From the NCBI RefSeq assembly GCF_006345805.1, contig NC_043011.1:43226464-43290463 (forward strand): a stretch of 64,000 nt of DNA. Reading direction: 5' to 3'. The stretch is from Octopus sinensis. Lineage: Eukaryota. The position numbers and the translations under genes are program-made. The first letter of the stretch is position 1, and the number at the start of each line of letters is the position of its first letter. The notes beneath the pieces are model-generated. The model was given only the letters and a program-made list of their open reading frames with translations, made no database searches and was not told the origin of the DNA. Shown piece by piece: positions 52,310 through 64,000 of this stretch.

Positions 52310-52515
52310 TGTGTCTGTGTTTGTCTTCTCACCATCGCTTGACAACCGATGTTGGTGTGTTTACATCCCCGTACCTTAGTGGTTAAGCAAAAGAAACTGA
52401 TAAAATAAGTACTAGGCTCACAAAGAATAAGTCCTGGGGTCGATTTGTTCGAGTAAAGGCGGTGCTCCAGAATGACTGCTGTCAAATGATTGAAATAACT
52501 AAAAGAATATAAGAA
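52310..52515 (+). mobile_element. SINE family A, 3-prime half
   Basis: Match to the A tail. Confidence 0.85.
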
Positions 52516-53045
52516 TAAAAGATATATATATTTACTCATACCAGAACATAAAGATAAAATCAAGTTAATGATTTTTATGAGGTAGTCAGCATGCAAACAA
52601 ATTTATCGGTAATTTATACCTAAAATTAAGAAATATATATATGTACATAACTGTATTAAAGGAGCAAGGGAGAAAAGAAAAGCCTATCTTTAACACAACA
52701 TGCAATTATATACATATATATATATATATAATTATTCATTCAAGGTATATATGTGTGTGCGTATGTTTGTGTGTTCTCCGTTTAAGTGATTGTAACTTAA
52801 AATGTTTTCAATCATCTAAAATTCATTGTATTTCTTTTGAATGCTTTAAATAATCAAGTTTAACATGCCTAGTAATACCTTTTACCTGTTACTTGCAGGG
52901 TTTAGTCACTAGAGATTATTAAATGTAATCCTTATTCGATTGGTCTCTTTTGCTGACCTGCTAGTCTATGGGAAACATAAACACAACAACACCTGTTCTT
53001 AAGCTGTGATGGAGTACAAGCACAAACAGAGACACACACAAACAC

Positions 53046-53099
<54 letters not shown>

Positions 53100-53120
53100 T
53101 ATATATATATATATATATTA

Positions 53121-53155
<35 letters not shown>

Positions 53156-53204
53156 ATATATATATTATATATAATAATATATATATATATATGTATATAT
53201 GATG

Positions 53205-53365
53205 GATGTTTACGGTTTCCGTTTACCAAATACACTCACAAAGTATTAATCAACTCGGGGCTTTAATAGTAGAAACACGCTCAATGTGCGGTGTAATGAG
53301 AGTGGATGCAAAGCCACGTGTTCATGAAGCGAGGTTCTTAACGACATAGCATTGCTTGCGCCTAT
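53205..53365 (-). mobile_element. SINE family A, old 5-prime half
   Basis: gtttccgtttaccaaatacactcacaaag plus a degenerate head. Confidence 0.65.
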
Positions 53366-53995
53366 ATGACGGTCATCTTGTTTGTTTTGTTTTGTCTCTC
53401 AGGTTTCACTATCACAGTCTTGAAAGTAATGACAAACCTTTCTTACTCCTAAGTTAAATTTTCACTCTATTTGTTTTAAGTGGTACTGTTTTTCTTGGTT
53501 TTTCTTTAAAGGGGTTTAGTTTGCGTCACAGAGATACAAGATTCTTTCGCATAAACGGTCGTAGTGACAAATGAAGAAGTCAAGTTCAAATACACGTATC
53601 ATTAACGCCTGATCAAATAACAGAAATAATGACATATCTCAACGATAAGTAGATTCTGAAATCGCCAGGATCTAGCCTCACGCTTATTCGCTCCTGAAAG
53701 AAGTTTGGCTGCGCCCAACCACTGATTGGTCACAAAAAGCAGCGTTAAACTGTCTCGATACTGATCGATTATTGAATACGAAATGACGAAATCAATTTTT
53801 GATTCCAACCTACCTGAATTATATGTAGTGTTGTTTTATTATTATTATTTTCTGATTCAGTCAAAACAAAATATCAGTTGTGAGGTTACATAGGTTACGA
53901 AACAATAAAATATCGCTCGCAGATGATTACGAAAATAATGGTGCACACGGACCAGACACAAAACCATAAACTACAGCTGTGGCAAGAATGTGACC

Positions 53996-54028
<33 letters not shown>

Positions 54029-54223
54029 GTGTGTGTATGTATGTATATATATTATATATATATAGATATATATATATATATATATATATACGTATATACA
54101 TATATACATATAGGACACACAACACATACACATATATATACGTATATATATCTATATATGCATATATATCTATATGTATATACACATACATACATACATA
54201 TATGTATGCATGTATGTGTCTGC

Positions 54224-54256
<33 letters not shown>

Positions 54257-54442
54257 ATATATATATATCTGCACATTGCATACACATGCATACACATATG
54301 TAAGTATATATACATATATATACTATATATGTATGTATATATATATGTATATATATATGCATATATGTATATGTATATATATATGTATATATATATATAT
54401 TATATATATGTATGTATATATATAATTTATACATATACATAT

Positions 54443-54474
<32 letters not shown>

Positions 54475-54921
54475 ATATATATTATAATATATATATACAT
54501 ATATATATATATGCGTGCGTAACTACATATTATGTGTGTGTGTGAATGCATGCCCACGTGTACTCGAAAGGCACACGCACACACACAAGAGACATACATA
54601 GGCATATGTGTATCGGTGTGCGTGTTTAAATTTCCCATGAGAGACTTCCGTTTAAATTATGTATGATTAAGTTAATGTGTGGCTAAGTTCAGGCTATTAT
54701 AACTAAGGTGATGAATCGAAAATAATCTTTAATCAATTGAGATTATAACCCTATTGAGAAGACAAGCCATCAGTGTTAATGAAAATTATTCTGAAAAGGA
54801 AAGAGCAAGAGAGTTCACGATATTTGAATCGCTCAGCGATGAAATGCAAAGAGAGTAGAGCGCGTCTGATACATACATACATACATACATACATACATAC
54901 ATACATACATACATACATACA

Positions 54922-54953
<32 letters not shown>

Positions 54954-55253
54954 CATACATGCATACATATATATAGAGGGAGAGAGACAGAGAGGGGGAC
55001 AGACAGACAGAGGGAGTGAGTGAGAGAGAAAGAGTGTTGGTGAGAGAAAGGGAGAGAGAGAAAAATACAGATACATACATACATATATGCATATATACAG
55101 ATACATACATACGTATATGCATATATATATATATATATGCATATATATATATATACATATATGTATGCATGGATATATGTATATATATATATATATATAC
55201 ATATATACATACATACATATAAATATATACATACATATACATATATACATACA

Positions 55254-55284
<31 letters not shown>

Positions 55285-55519
55285 ATATACATACACACAT
55301 GCAAACATGAGCAAATTACTTCCACAAATGACAACACATAAGAAATGTATATATGTATATATAAATGTATATATAGTGAGAGGGAGAGAAAGAGAGAGGG
55401 AAGGAGAGAGAAGGAGAGAAATAGATAGATAAATGGGTAGATAGAATAGATAGCTAGATACATATATTCATAAGACAGACATGCAAACATACATACATAC
55501 AAATGTACACACACATATA

Positions 55520-55758
55520 TTAGGTTGGTGCATAATTATTGCAGCTTGTTTTCAATAAATTTTATTCAACAAAAAGAATAACAACTTTTAACAAAAACAT
55601 ATTTAGAAGATTATTCCGAAGCATATTCACCATCTACTTCAATTACTGCTTCCCATCTGTCGGAATAATCATTTAAATACGTTCTTGCTAAATGTTGTTA
55701 TTGCTTTTGTTGAATAAAGTTTATTGAAAAAAAACGCAATAATTATGCACCAACCTAT
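55520..55758 (-). mobile_element. Hsmar1/MADE1-like mariner MITE (internal deletion derivative)
   Basis: TIRs ttaggttggtgcataattattgc / gcaataattatgcaccaacct in TA context; retains transposase end DRWEAVIEVDGEYASE* on the minus strand. Confidence 0.9.
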
Positions 55759-55760
55759 AG

Positions 55761-55814
<54 letters not shown>

Positions 55815-55824
55815 ATATTATATA

Positions 55825-56119
55825 CTGTTGTGTCTGGGGAGAGTCTATCTCTATTAGTGCCTATTATTTAACACACTCACCGGAAAATTTCCACTTATTA
55901 CTTTTTTATTTTCTAAAATTTTTTCGTGCGTCTTGCAACCTTTTCAATAGTCTTGACTCAATAGTCTTGACTCAAAGTCTTGAGAGTCAAGACTATTGAA
56001 AAGGTTGCAAGACGCAACGAAAAATTTTTAGAAAATAAAAAGAAATAAGTGGAAATTTTACCGGTGAGTGTGTTAAATAATAAGGCACTAAAAGAAAATG
56101 ACTCTCCCATACACAACAG
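55825..56119. repeat. Foldback element with arms of about 135 bp, each carrying a hammerhead-like motif
   Basis: ctgttgtgt...gtcttgactc and gagtcaagac...acacaacag are reverse complements; centre carries repeated aatagtcttgactc units. Confidence 0.93.
55993..56031 (+). ncRNA. Minimal hammerhead-like motif, U3:A8 variant (mirror copy at 55913-55950 on the minus strand)
   Basis: CUA-UUGAAAA-G-GUUGC-AAGAC-GCAAC-GAA-AAAUUU-U-UAG; stem I is only 3 bp. Confidence 0.55.
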
Positions 56120-56178
56120 AATATGCTTCAACACACGAACTCATATAAAGAATCTTGCAAACCAAATCCAAAGACGAA

Positions 56179-56273
<95 letters not shown>

Positions 56274-56614
56274 TACATACATATATATATATACATACAT
56301 ACATACATACCTACATACATACATACATACATACATACATACTACATATATACGCACATACAGACATGAACACATTATATTTACGCATGACAACATACAT
56401 ATAATAAATTTCTCAGTCTACAAATGAAAGAAGATAGAATTCAGAATATGGCGTGAAGTTTATGTTCGTAAGAGAACATTTGTTAACTGGCGTGTTAATT
56501 TCTCGGAGTTTCATAGATACGCAAAGCATGTGTCTCTAATCATGCTTGTCTTCGCCATTACTGAAGTCTTAGCTACATGCGACTTGAGATATAGGTATTA
56601 TCAATGGTTGATAG

Positions 56615-56830
56615 TCGGCGAGTTGGCAGAATCGTTATCGCGCCAGGCAAAGTGCTAAGCAGCATTACGTCCGTCTCTACGTTCTAAGTTCAAAATCCAC
56701 CGAGGCAGATCGACTTTGCCTCTCATCCTTTCGTGGTCGATAAGCTAAGTATGAGTTGAGCTGTCGATGTAATCAACTATCCTCCTTTCTCAAAATTCCT
56801 GGTTTTGTTCCAGAATTTCAAACCATTATT
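56615..56830 (+). mobile_element. SINE family B, older copy
   Basis: ggcgagttggcagaatcg head and B body. Confidence 0.8.
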
Positions 56831-57803
56831 TCTCATTGGTTCAAGCAGATCACATGCTGGAAATTGCTGCAGGCTGCTGTTGTGGAACAGTGTATTATAC
56901 TACTAGAATGAACGGGAGGTAATCCAATCCAGGTTAATGATAATCGCTTACTTGGATCTGCACCAAGTAAATTTTCTTTATTATGATTGTTGGTCGGTGG
57001 CATTTTCTCTTTTGATCGGTTGAAAACATTTCAGAAATATGTGTTTGTGTCTGTTTGGAAAATATCGTTTTACGACCAGAAGGAATGGGAGGTAACCCAA
57101 TCACCATTAACAAACAGTAAGTAAGTTTTCATCATCATCATCATCATCATCATCATTATCATCATCATCATTATGCTGGTGGTGGTTTGTTTGTGGTGGC
57201 TGTGATGATGATGGTTGCCGTAGTGGTGGTAACGATGATGCTGATGGTAGTGTGGTGGCATTGGGGATGTGGTAATGATGACGACGATGACGACAACGAC
57301 GACGGTGATTGTGCGGTGGAGCGATAGAGTTCGAAGCACGTCGGGGTTATTCTATAAAAGGAAATTATATACAAAAAGAAAATCAAAAGAAAATATCAAC
57401 AAACGAGATGCAATCAATAAAATCCTGAAGATTAAATATGTATTCCAGTTTAGCATGAAGAACACGATAGCAGTTCAATAAATCTAATCATAGGTGAACG
57501 CACCGTACAAACGATACGGCGTAACGATTCATTCATTGAAAGACTGAATGAATAGGGTTGTTAATCAAACGTTCCTGTGAAAAGTTTCTTCTAATTAAAT
57601 GTCTAAATACCTGATAATGTTCTTTTCTTCATTTACAGGCTTTCAGTCATCGAACTGTGGCTACGCATGTGTGTTACTGGGTGGATGGGTTTTGAGGGCT
57701 GTGAAACGCATTGCTATGTTACGTGTTAATAAACCTCTTGCAAGGGGTGAAACGCGAGTTCACTCCAGCTTAGACTGACATAACAGTAGACCAGCGAAAT
57801 ATT

Positions 57804-58837
57804 GGTTTCGAATTTAGGCACAAGGCCAGCATTTTCGGGGGGGGGGGGGCGTAAGTCGATCACACCAGCTGGTACCTATTTTATCGATCCCGAAAGGATG
57901 GAAGACGAATTCGACCTCGGCTGGATTTGAACTCAGGACGTAAAGACAGACGAAACACCGCTAAACATTTTGGCCATCGTGCTAACGATTCTGCCAGTTC
58001 ACCATCTTATACGAGTGAAATAATAATTTCGGATTTTTGCACAAGGCCAGCAATTTCGGGGGAAATGGGTAAGCCGATTGCATCAACCCCAGTGTTCGAT
58101 TGGTATCTATTTTATCGACCCCCAAAAGGATGAAAGCAAAAGTGGGCACCGGCAGAATTTGAACACAGAAAATAAAGAGCCGGAAGAATTACCGCTAAGC
58201 ATTTCAACCGGTACGGTAACGATTCTGCCAGCTCGCCGCCTTACGCCAGTGAAATATTCTTTTCTACTCTTAGCACAAGGCCCGAAATTTTGGGGGAGGG
58301 GCCAGACGATTGGATCGACCTCATTACGCAAATGGTACTTAATTTATTGACCTCGAAATGATGAAAAGCAAAGTCGACCTCGGCAGAATTTGAACTCAGA
58401 ACGTAAAGACAGACGAAATACCTATTTCTTTACTACCCACAAGGGGCTAAACACATACAGGACAAACAAGGACAGACAAACGGATTAAGTCGATTATTTT
58501 GACCCCAGTGCGTAACTGGTACTTATTTAATCGACCCCGAAAGGATGAAAAGCAAATCGACCTCAGCGGAATTTGAACTCAGAACGTAAAGACAGACGAA
58601 ATACCTATTTCTTTACTACCCACAAGGAGCTAAACACAGAGAGGACAAACAAGGACAGACAAACGGATTAAGTCGATTATATCGACCCCAGTGCGTAACT
58701 GGTACTTAATTTATCGACCCCGAAAGGATGAAAGGCAAAGTCGACCTCGGCGGAATTTGAACTCAGAACGTAACGGCAGACGAAATACTGCTACGCATTT
58801 CGCCCGGCGTGCTAACGTTTCTGCCAGCTCGCCGCCT
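57804..58837 (-). mobile_element. Tandem array of SINE family B: two old monomers plus a trimer
   Basis: Units separated by a recurrent (c)cagtgaaatatt-like spacer; trimer junctions read gaaata|ggtatttcgtctg on the minus strand. Confidence 0.9.
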
Positions 58838-58915
58838 TACCCCAGTGAAATATTAAAATGTGAATTAGTTCGCCACCAGAAATGTTGTTTCCTCTCCAGT
58901 ATGTACGCGCGCGCG

Positions 58916-58959
<44 letters not shown>

Positions 58960-59019
58960 AAATATGAAGTTCACTTCTGATTTATTATTTTTGCGATGTC
59001 AAAATTTAGTATCAGTGTA

Positions 59020-59136
59020 TTTAGAAATATACGCGTTCTTAGTTGAAATTTAGTTTCGGAGTATGTACCTCTAAGAAAACATGACCCCTGATAAAGTTTA
59101 GAAATGAAATCAATCAAAATGTTGTCTAAATGTAAA
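59020..59136 (+). repeat. Old direct repeat of about 117 bp (second copy 59857-59974) flanking nested SINEs
   Basis: Shared aacatgacccctgataaagtt.agaaatgaaatc core. Confidence 0.85.
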
Positions 59137-59140
59137 TATA

Positions 59141-59830
59141 GGTGCAGGCGTCGCTCTGTGGTAAGAAGTTTGCTTTCGAAACACATTGTTCCGAGTTCAG
59201 TCCCACTGCATGACACCTTGCGCAAGTGTCTTCTGTTATAGCTTCGAGCCGACCAAAGCCTTGTATATGTATATATGTATATTTTTATTATAGCACCCTT
59301 TTCAAGCATGATATTCCATGCTCCATTTTAATTCTCATGGGCCCGGTTTCCCGGTTTCTATGGCGCATGTTTTCCCTCCAGCTGGACGGGACGCCAGTCC
59401 ATTGCAGAGTTACTCAAGAAACAAGAAGAAAGAGTGAGAGAAAATTGGGGCGAAAGAGTACAACAGGGGTCGCCACCACCCCCTGCCGGAGCCTCGTGGA
59501 GCTTTAGGTGTTTTCGCTCAATAAACACACACAACGCCCGGTCTGGGAATCGAAACCGCGATCCTCCGACTGTGAGTCCGCTGCCCTAACCACTGGGCCA
59601 TTGCGCCACCATATATGTATATATCTCTGTATGTTTCTTCTTGTCTATGCTTGCCACCCAGACTATTACAGCTTGACAACTGCTGTTGGTGTGTTTACAT
59701 CCCCGTAATCTAGCGGTTTGCTAGAATAAGTATCAAGCGCATAGGGGTCGATTTGACCGACTAGAACCCTTCAAGGAGGTGCCCCAGCATGGTTGCTGTC
59801 AAACGACTGAAACAAGTAAAAGATAAAAGA
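59141..59830 (+). mobile_element. SINE family A split by an inserted SINE C
   Basis: A 5-prime part 59141-59280 and A 3-prime part 59612-59830. Confidence 0.8.
59292..59611 (-). mobile_element. SINE family C, tail type 3, nested in SINE A
   Basis: Reverse match to the C head and body; tatatgtatat on both sides. Confidence 0.88.
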
Positions 59831-60560
59831 AATTGTTAAAGTGTATTGTTTCTGTCTTTAGAAAGATACGTGTTCTTGGTTCAAATTCAGTTTGGGATTA
59901 ATGTACCTCCGCCAGAACATGACCCCTGATAAAGTTCAGAAATGAAATCGGTCAAAATGTAGACTAGATGTAAACATTGTAAAACGTGTCTTTGTTGAAT
60001 GACACGTATAACAGTTCGACATTGTTATGTTTGATTGATTGAGAGCTTGAACATTCTTGGTAGGTTTTTACTACGGACTTTCATTTTCTTGTATGAAATA
60101 TCTGAGAAACTTTCTATTCAGTGAGATATCGATCAACATGAATGTCACAAAGTAATGCATCTGTTTCCTATTGTAAAGTTTCAACACATATTAGGTTTGA
60201 CATGTTAAATGTGATGGAGTTCCTACTTGCCATCAGGATGAATAGACAATTCAGTAGTCAGGTTTGTGATATATTTACTGATCAGACAACACACGCACAT
60301 ATGCACGCACACGCACACGCGCGCACACAGAGTCACATACGCATCCACAAATGCATACTTATTTTGTGGCCATTCATATGTATGTATATATATATGCATA
60401 TGTATACATATATATACATATATATATGTATATATATGTACATATAGATATGTATATATACATATAAATATATATGCATATATATAGATATGTATATATA
60501 CATATAAATATATATGCATATATATAGACATTATATATATGTGTGTGTGTGTGTATGTAT

Positions 60561-60594
<34 letters not shown>

Positions 60595-60653
60595 GTAAAG
60601 TATGTATATATATATATATATATATATGCATTTAGATAGATAAAGATACACCT

Positions 60654-60693
<40 letters not shown>

Positions 60694-61994
60694 TAATATA
60701 TATATATATATACACATTAGAAAGATATAGATATACATACACACGCACATATTTCTGGACATTAAGATATGTACATATTTTTGTGTGCTTGTGTGTCTAT
60801 CTTTGCGTGTCTGTGTTTGTGTATATGCATGAATGTGTGAAGGCATATTTGCATGTACATATACAGTCACAAATACGTACATATGTGCTTCTGTGTTTTT
60901 CTACGTATAGTAACACATTTATTTTTATAGATGCGTATATTCTATATTGGGCTATATTTTCTCATTAGAGTGTTTTATGATCTTCGATGTAAAAATTACT
61001 CAGTTGCAGAACCATTGTAGCCAGTTGAAGACGAATTGAATTTGTCTTAACGATACGATGAAGAAAACGTGTGTTATTCTTAACACACTTTTATGTGTTG
61101 AAGGACTGGAGTCTTTAACAAAGACAGATTTATTGCCCTGTCCACATATTTAAGATGTGTAAGACAAGTGTGAATGGCATAAAGAACATAAAACATAATA
61201 AACCATTACAAAATCTACGCGCACGTAATACACCAGTTTCATAGAGCACATTAAAAGTTCTGATGCTTTATTTCCACTTAGTGTCTCTAATCAAAGCACG
61301 ATTCGAATATATCTAATATATTTCTATTCAGTGAGGAAAGCTCGCAAAATTTGATTAAACAACTAGAAATAGCTGCTATATTTTCTTTAAATCATACCCT
61401 GCTCTTTTCAAAAACGGGAAAAGCATATCGGATAACGTCAGTCAAACACAGCACTGAATGAACACAATGCTCATGGTTAAAATGTCTTTCATCAAAATTC
61501 CTATATGTTAATGTGATCCAGGATACCTTCATCATGATGGTTGTGACTGGAGAATCCTTTGAACATAGCTCTCATCTATCGGGGATGACATTGAGATGAA
61601 GAGCAACAGCTGCAATGGAGAATACATTTGAAAAGAACACTGGTAGAATAATACGTTCTGTGTACATAGATTAGTGGAACTAAATACTTTAATACAATTA
61701 ATGTCATTCTTCTCCACGAATACGTTGTTGGAAAGATTTTAATGAACGCTTTCATATAGTCTTTATATTATTGCTACCGTTGTGTTATTTAGCTCCAACT
61801 CTTCCCTGAGGAAGGTGACCTATGATCAAACGCGGTTTCACCGTAGTCATCCTGATCTTTTCTTTAATTGGTTCAATTACTGTGTTTCTTTCTTGTTTCT
61901 TAGTTAGTTTTTGCCTCTTTAAATTTGAGATAGAAGTGGGTACTGTTTCCAGCAGGTCAAATTCCACGTAGATATGTAAGCAGAAAACGAATGC

Positions 61995-62160
61995 AAGTAT
62001 GGCTGTGTAGTTAGAAAGTTAAATTCACAATCACGTAGTTCCAGGTTCGATTCCACCCTTTGGTATATAAAGCATATGCTTATACTGCATCCTCGTTTTG
62101 ATTAATAACCTTATCTGGAATTTGTAGGGAAGAAACTACGCTAAAAGGCCGTCGTAAATG
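61995..62160 (+). mobile_element. SINE family A, old 5-prime half
   Basis: tggctgtgtagttag...ggttcgattcc head. Confidence 0.65.
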
Positions 62161-62875
62161 TGTGTGCGTGTGTGTGTGTGTGTGTGTGTGGTGTGTGTGT
62201 GTGTGTTCACGCGCCTGCGTGTGCGTCTGTGTGTACGAATATTCATATCAACAAGGATGTAAAGATCAGCAAGAAAAAGAAAGAAACACTTCTTTAAAAC
62301 AAAGTACGACATGATATTCCATGCTCCATTTTCATTCTCAGCTTCTGAAATGTCATGAACCAGCAATTGGCTTGTTGAAAACTTGTATAAATATGATATT
62401 ATTTTAACAATTGTGATATATAATAACAAAATGATAATAATTGTAATATAATAGTATAGACAATAAAGAAATAAATGATACGAAAAAACATGGTTTGCAG
62501 TTTGATTCGTTTGGACTACCGCCATCTTGCTTGGGATGTAAAAAAATGTCGTGCATAACATTCAACAGTAGCTGGCATCGTTCCAGTTATCAGTATATAT
62601 GAACTGTATCTATATATCTGTTATATCTGTACTATTGCAGAGGTTTACTGTTCTTAGAAACATCGGAAACAACCGCAATGGGAAAATGAGGAGTATTTTA
62701 TTACTGCCGCAGGTTCAAGGCCACAAGTTTCTGTTTAGTCGTACAACTAATACAGGGTAAAGCTTAAGGGCAGTAAACTCGCAACAATCAGTCTACTATA
62801 AGCAGGGGTACTACAAGGTAGAGCGGTATATCTTTTGCAGAGTAATCTGTAGCATTGCTACAATAAGTCTGTGTG

Positions 62876-63031
62876 TATTTTATTTGCTTGTTGCGGAAGT
62901 ATTTTAACAAAGATATGATGAGCATATTATAAGTATGATATTGGACAGAAATATTTTATTTGCTTGTTGCGGAAATATTTTAACAAAGATTTGATGAGTA
63001 TGATATAAGTATGATATTAGTCAGAAATATT
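62876..63031. repeat. 76-bp tandem duplication
   Basis: tattttatttgcttgttgcggaa starts at 62876 and 62952. Confidence 0.93.
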
Positions 63032-63365
63032 GGTTTCAAATATTCCTCGGCGGAATTTGAACTCAGAACTTAAAGCCGGATGAAATGCCGCTAAGTATTT
63101 TGCCCGGCGTGCTAACGATTCTGCCAGCTCGCCGCCTCATTGCTCGGTAATATTTGTTTCAAATTTTTGCACAAGGCCAACAATTTCGGGAGAGGGGTAA
63201 GTCTATTATATCAACACCACTAGTCAACTGGTACTTATTTCATCGGTCCCGAAATAGTGAAAGGCAAAGTCGACTAGAACAGAATTTTAAATCAGAACGT
63301 GAAGACGGACGAAATGAGGCTTAGCATTTTGTTCGGCATGCTAAATATTGAGCCAGCTCGCTGCC
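63032..63365 (-). mobile_element. Two tandem SINE family B copies (first internally deleted)
   Basis: Heads end at 63136 and 63365, each followed by a ttattgctcagaaatatt-like spacer. Confidence 0.85.
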
Positions 63366-63543
63366 TTATTGCTCAGAAATATTACATGAAAATCAGATGG
63401 CCGAATTAGTTATGAAATTGCCCTGTGTGCTCGATCAGAAAATATATGAAATGATTTTCAGCGCCATGCAAACTGCATGTTGAAGCGTATATTGTATAGA
63501 GAACATGAAGAAATATATTACAAAAGTATTTATATGTGTGTAT

Positions 63544-63586
<43 letters not shown>

Positions 63587-64000
63587 AATCTCTTTTTCAA
63601 TACGCATATATACAGATAGATAGGTATGTAGGTAGGTAGGTAGGTAGGTAGGTCGGTAGATAGATAGATAGATAGATCGATAGATAGGATGTATACGTAT
63701 ACATACCTATATAACCATATTGGTTTTCTTGGAAGTTCATATAAGATAGGCAAATGAAATGGAAAACAAACAAAATATCCCCCAACAATATTAGAACATG
63801 ATAAAGGGATCCAGGCATTAAAAACGTTTTAGTTTTCATTTTTATAATCCCGGTTTTAGCTGGAAAGCATATTGATTTGATAAAATTACCTGGCGAAAGA
63901 AGGAAATGTATTTAAAAATACACACACACACACACACACACCTAATTTATTCTTTGTCATAGAATTACAATAACACCATGCAAAAAGCATATTCTCCACA

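Noticed and set aside
51287-52596. Longest ORFs (352 and 415 aa, HSLT repeats)
   Set aside because: They are translations of (ACTC)n across an N gap plus SINE sequence.
53602-53808. Peptide IDFVISYS resembling TIR box 1
   Set aside because: Similarity is limited to a few residues and downstream TIR motifs are absent.
57791-58854. Repeat-spacer periodicity suggestive of CRISPR
   Set aside because: The context is eukaryotic, the long units are homologous SINEs rather than unique spacers, and there are no cas genes.
61822-61971. 49-aa hydrophobic small ORF MIKRGFTVVILIF...
   Set aside because: The hydrophobicity is explained by T-rich composition, and there is no independent support.

Overview
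Repeat-dense, AT-rich animal genomic DNA with one 100-N gap (52177-52276). The SINE families, microsatellite load and composition look like an octopus or other coleoid cephalopod genome (inference). No complete protein-coding gene can be supported: nearly all listed ORFs are artefacts of microsatellites or SINEs, and only a few isolated exon candidates remain. The window is dominated by three tRNA-headed SINE families (called A, B and C here), LINE relics, a decayed full-length mariner, and several MITEs. The most interesting signals are: (i) minimal type-I hammerhead-ribozyme-like motifs at four loci whose core positions 3 and 8 differ (U.G, C:G, G:C, U:A) but always stay pairable; (ii) an 85-nt pri-miRNA-like hairpin inside a non-coding exon candidate; (iii) unusual SINE architectures, namely TSD-flanked multimers, same-site tandem arrays, tail swapping and a 31-nt templated insertion; (iv) four nuclear-receptor half-sites at an exact 11-bp period. 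All coordinates and alignments were read by eye; SINE and LINE boundaries are approximate.
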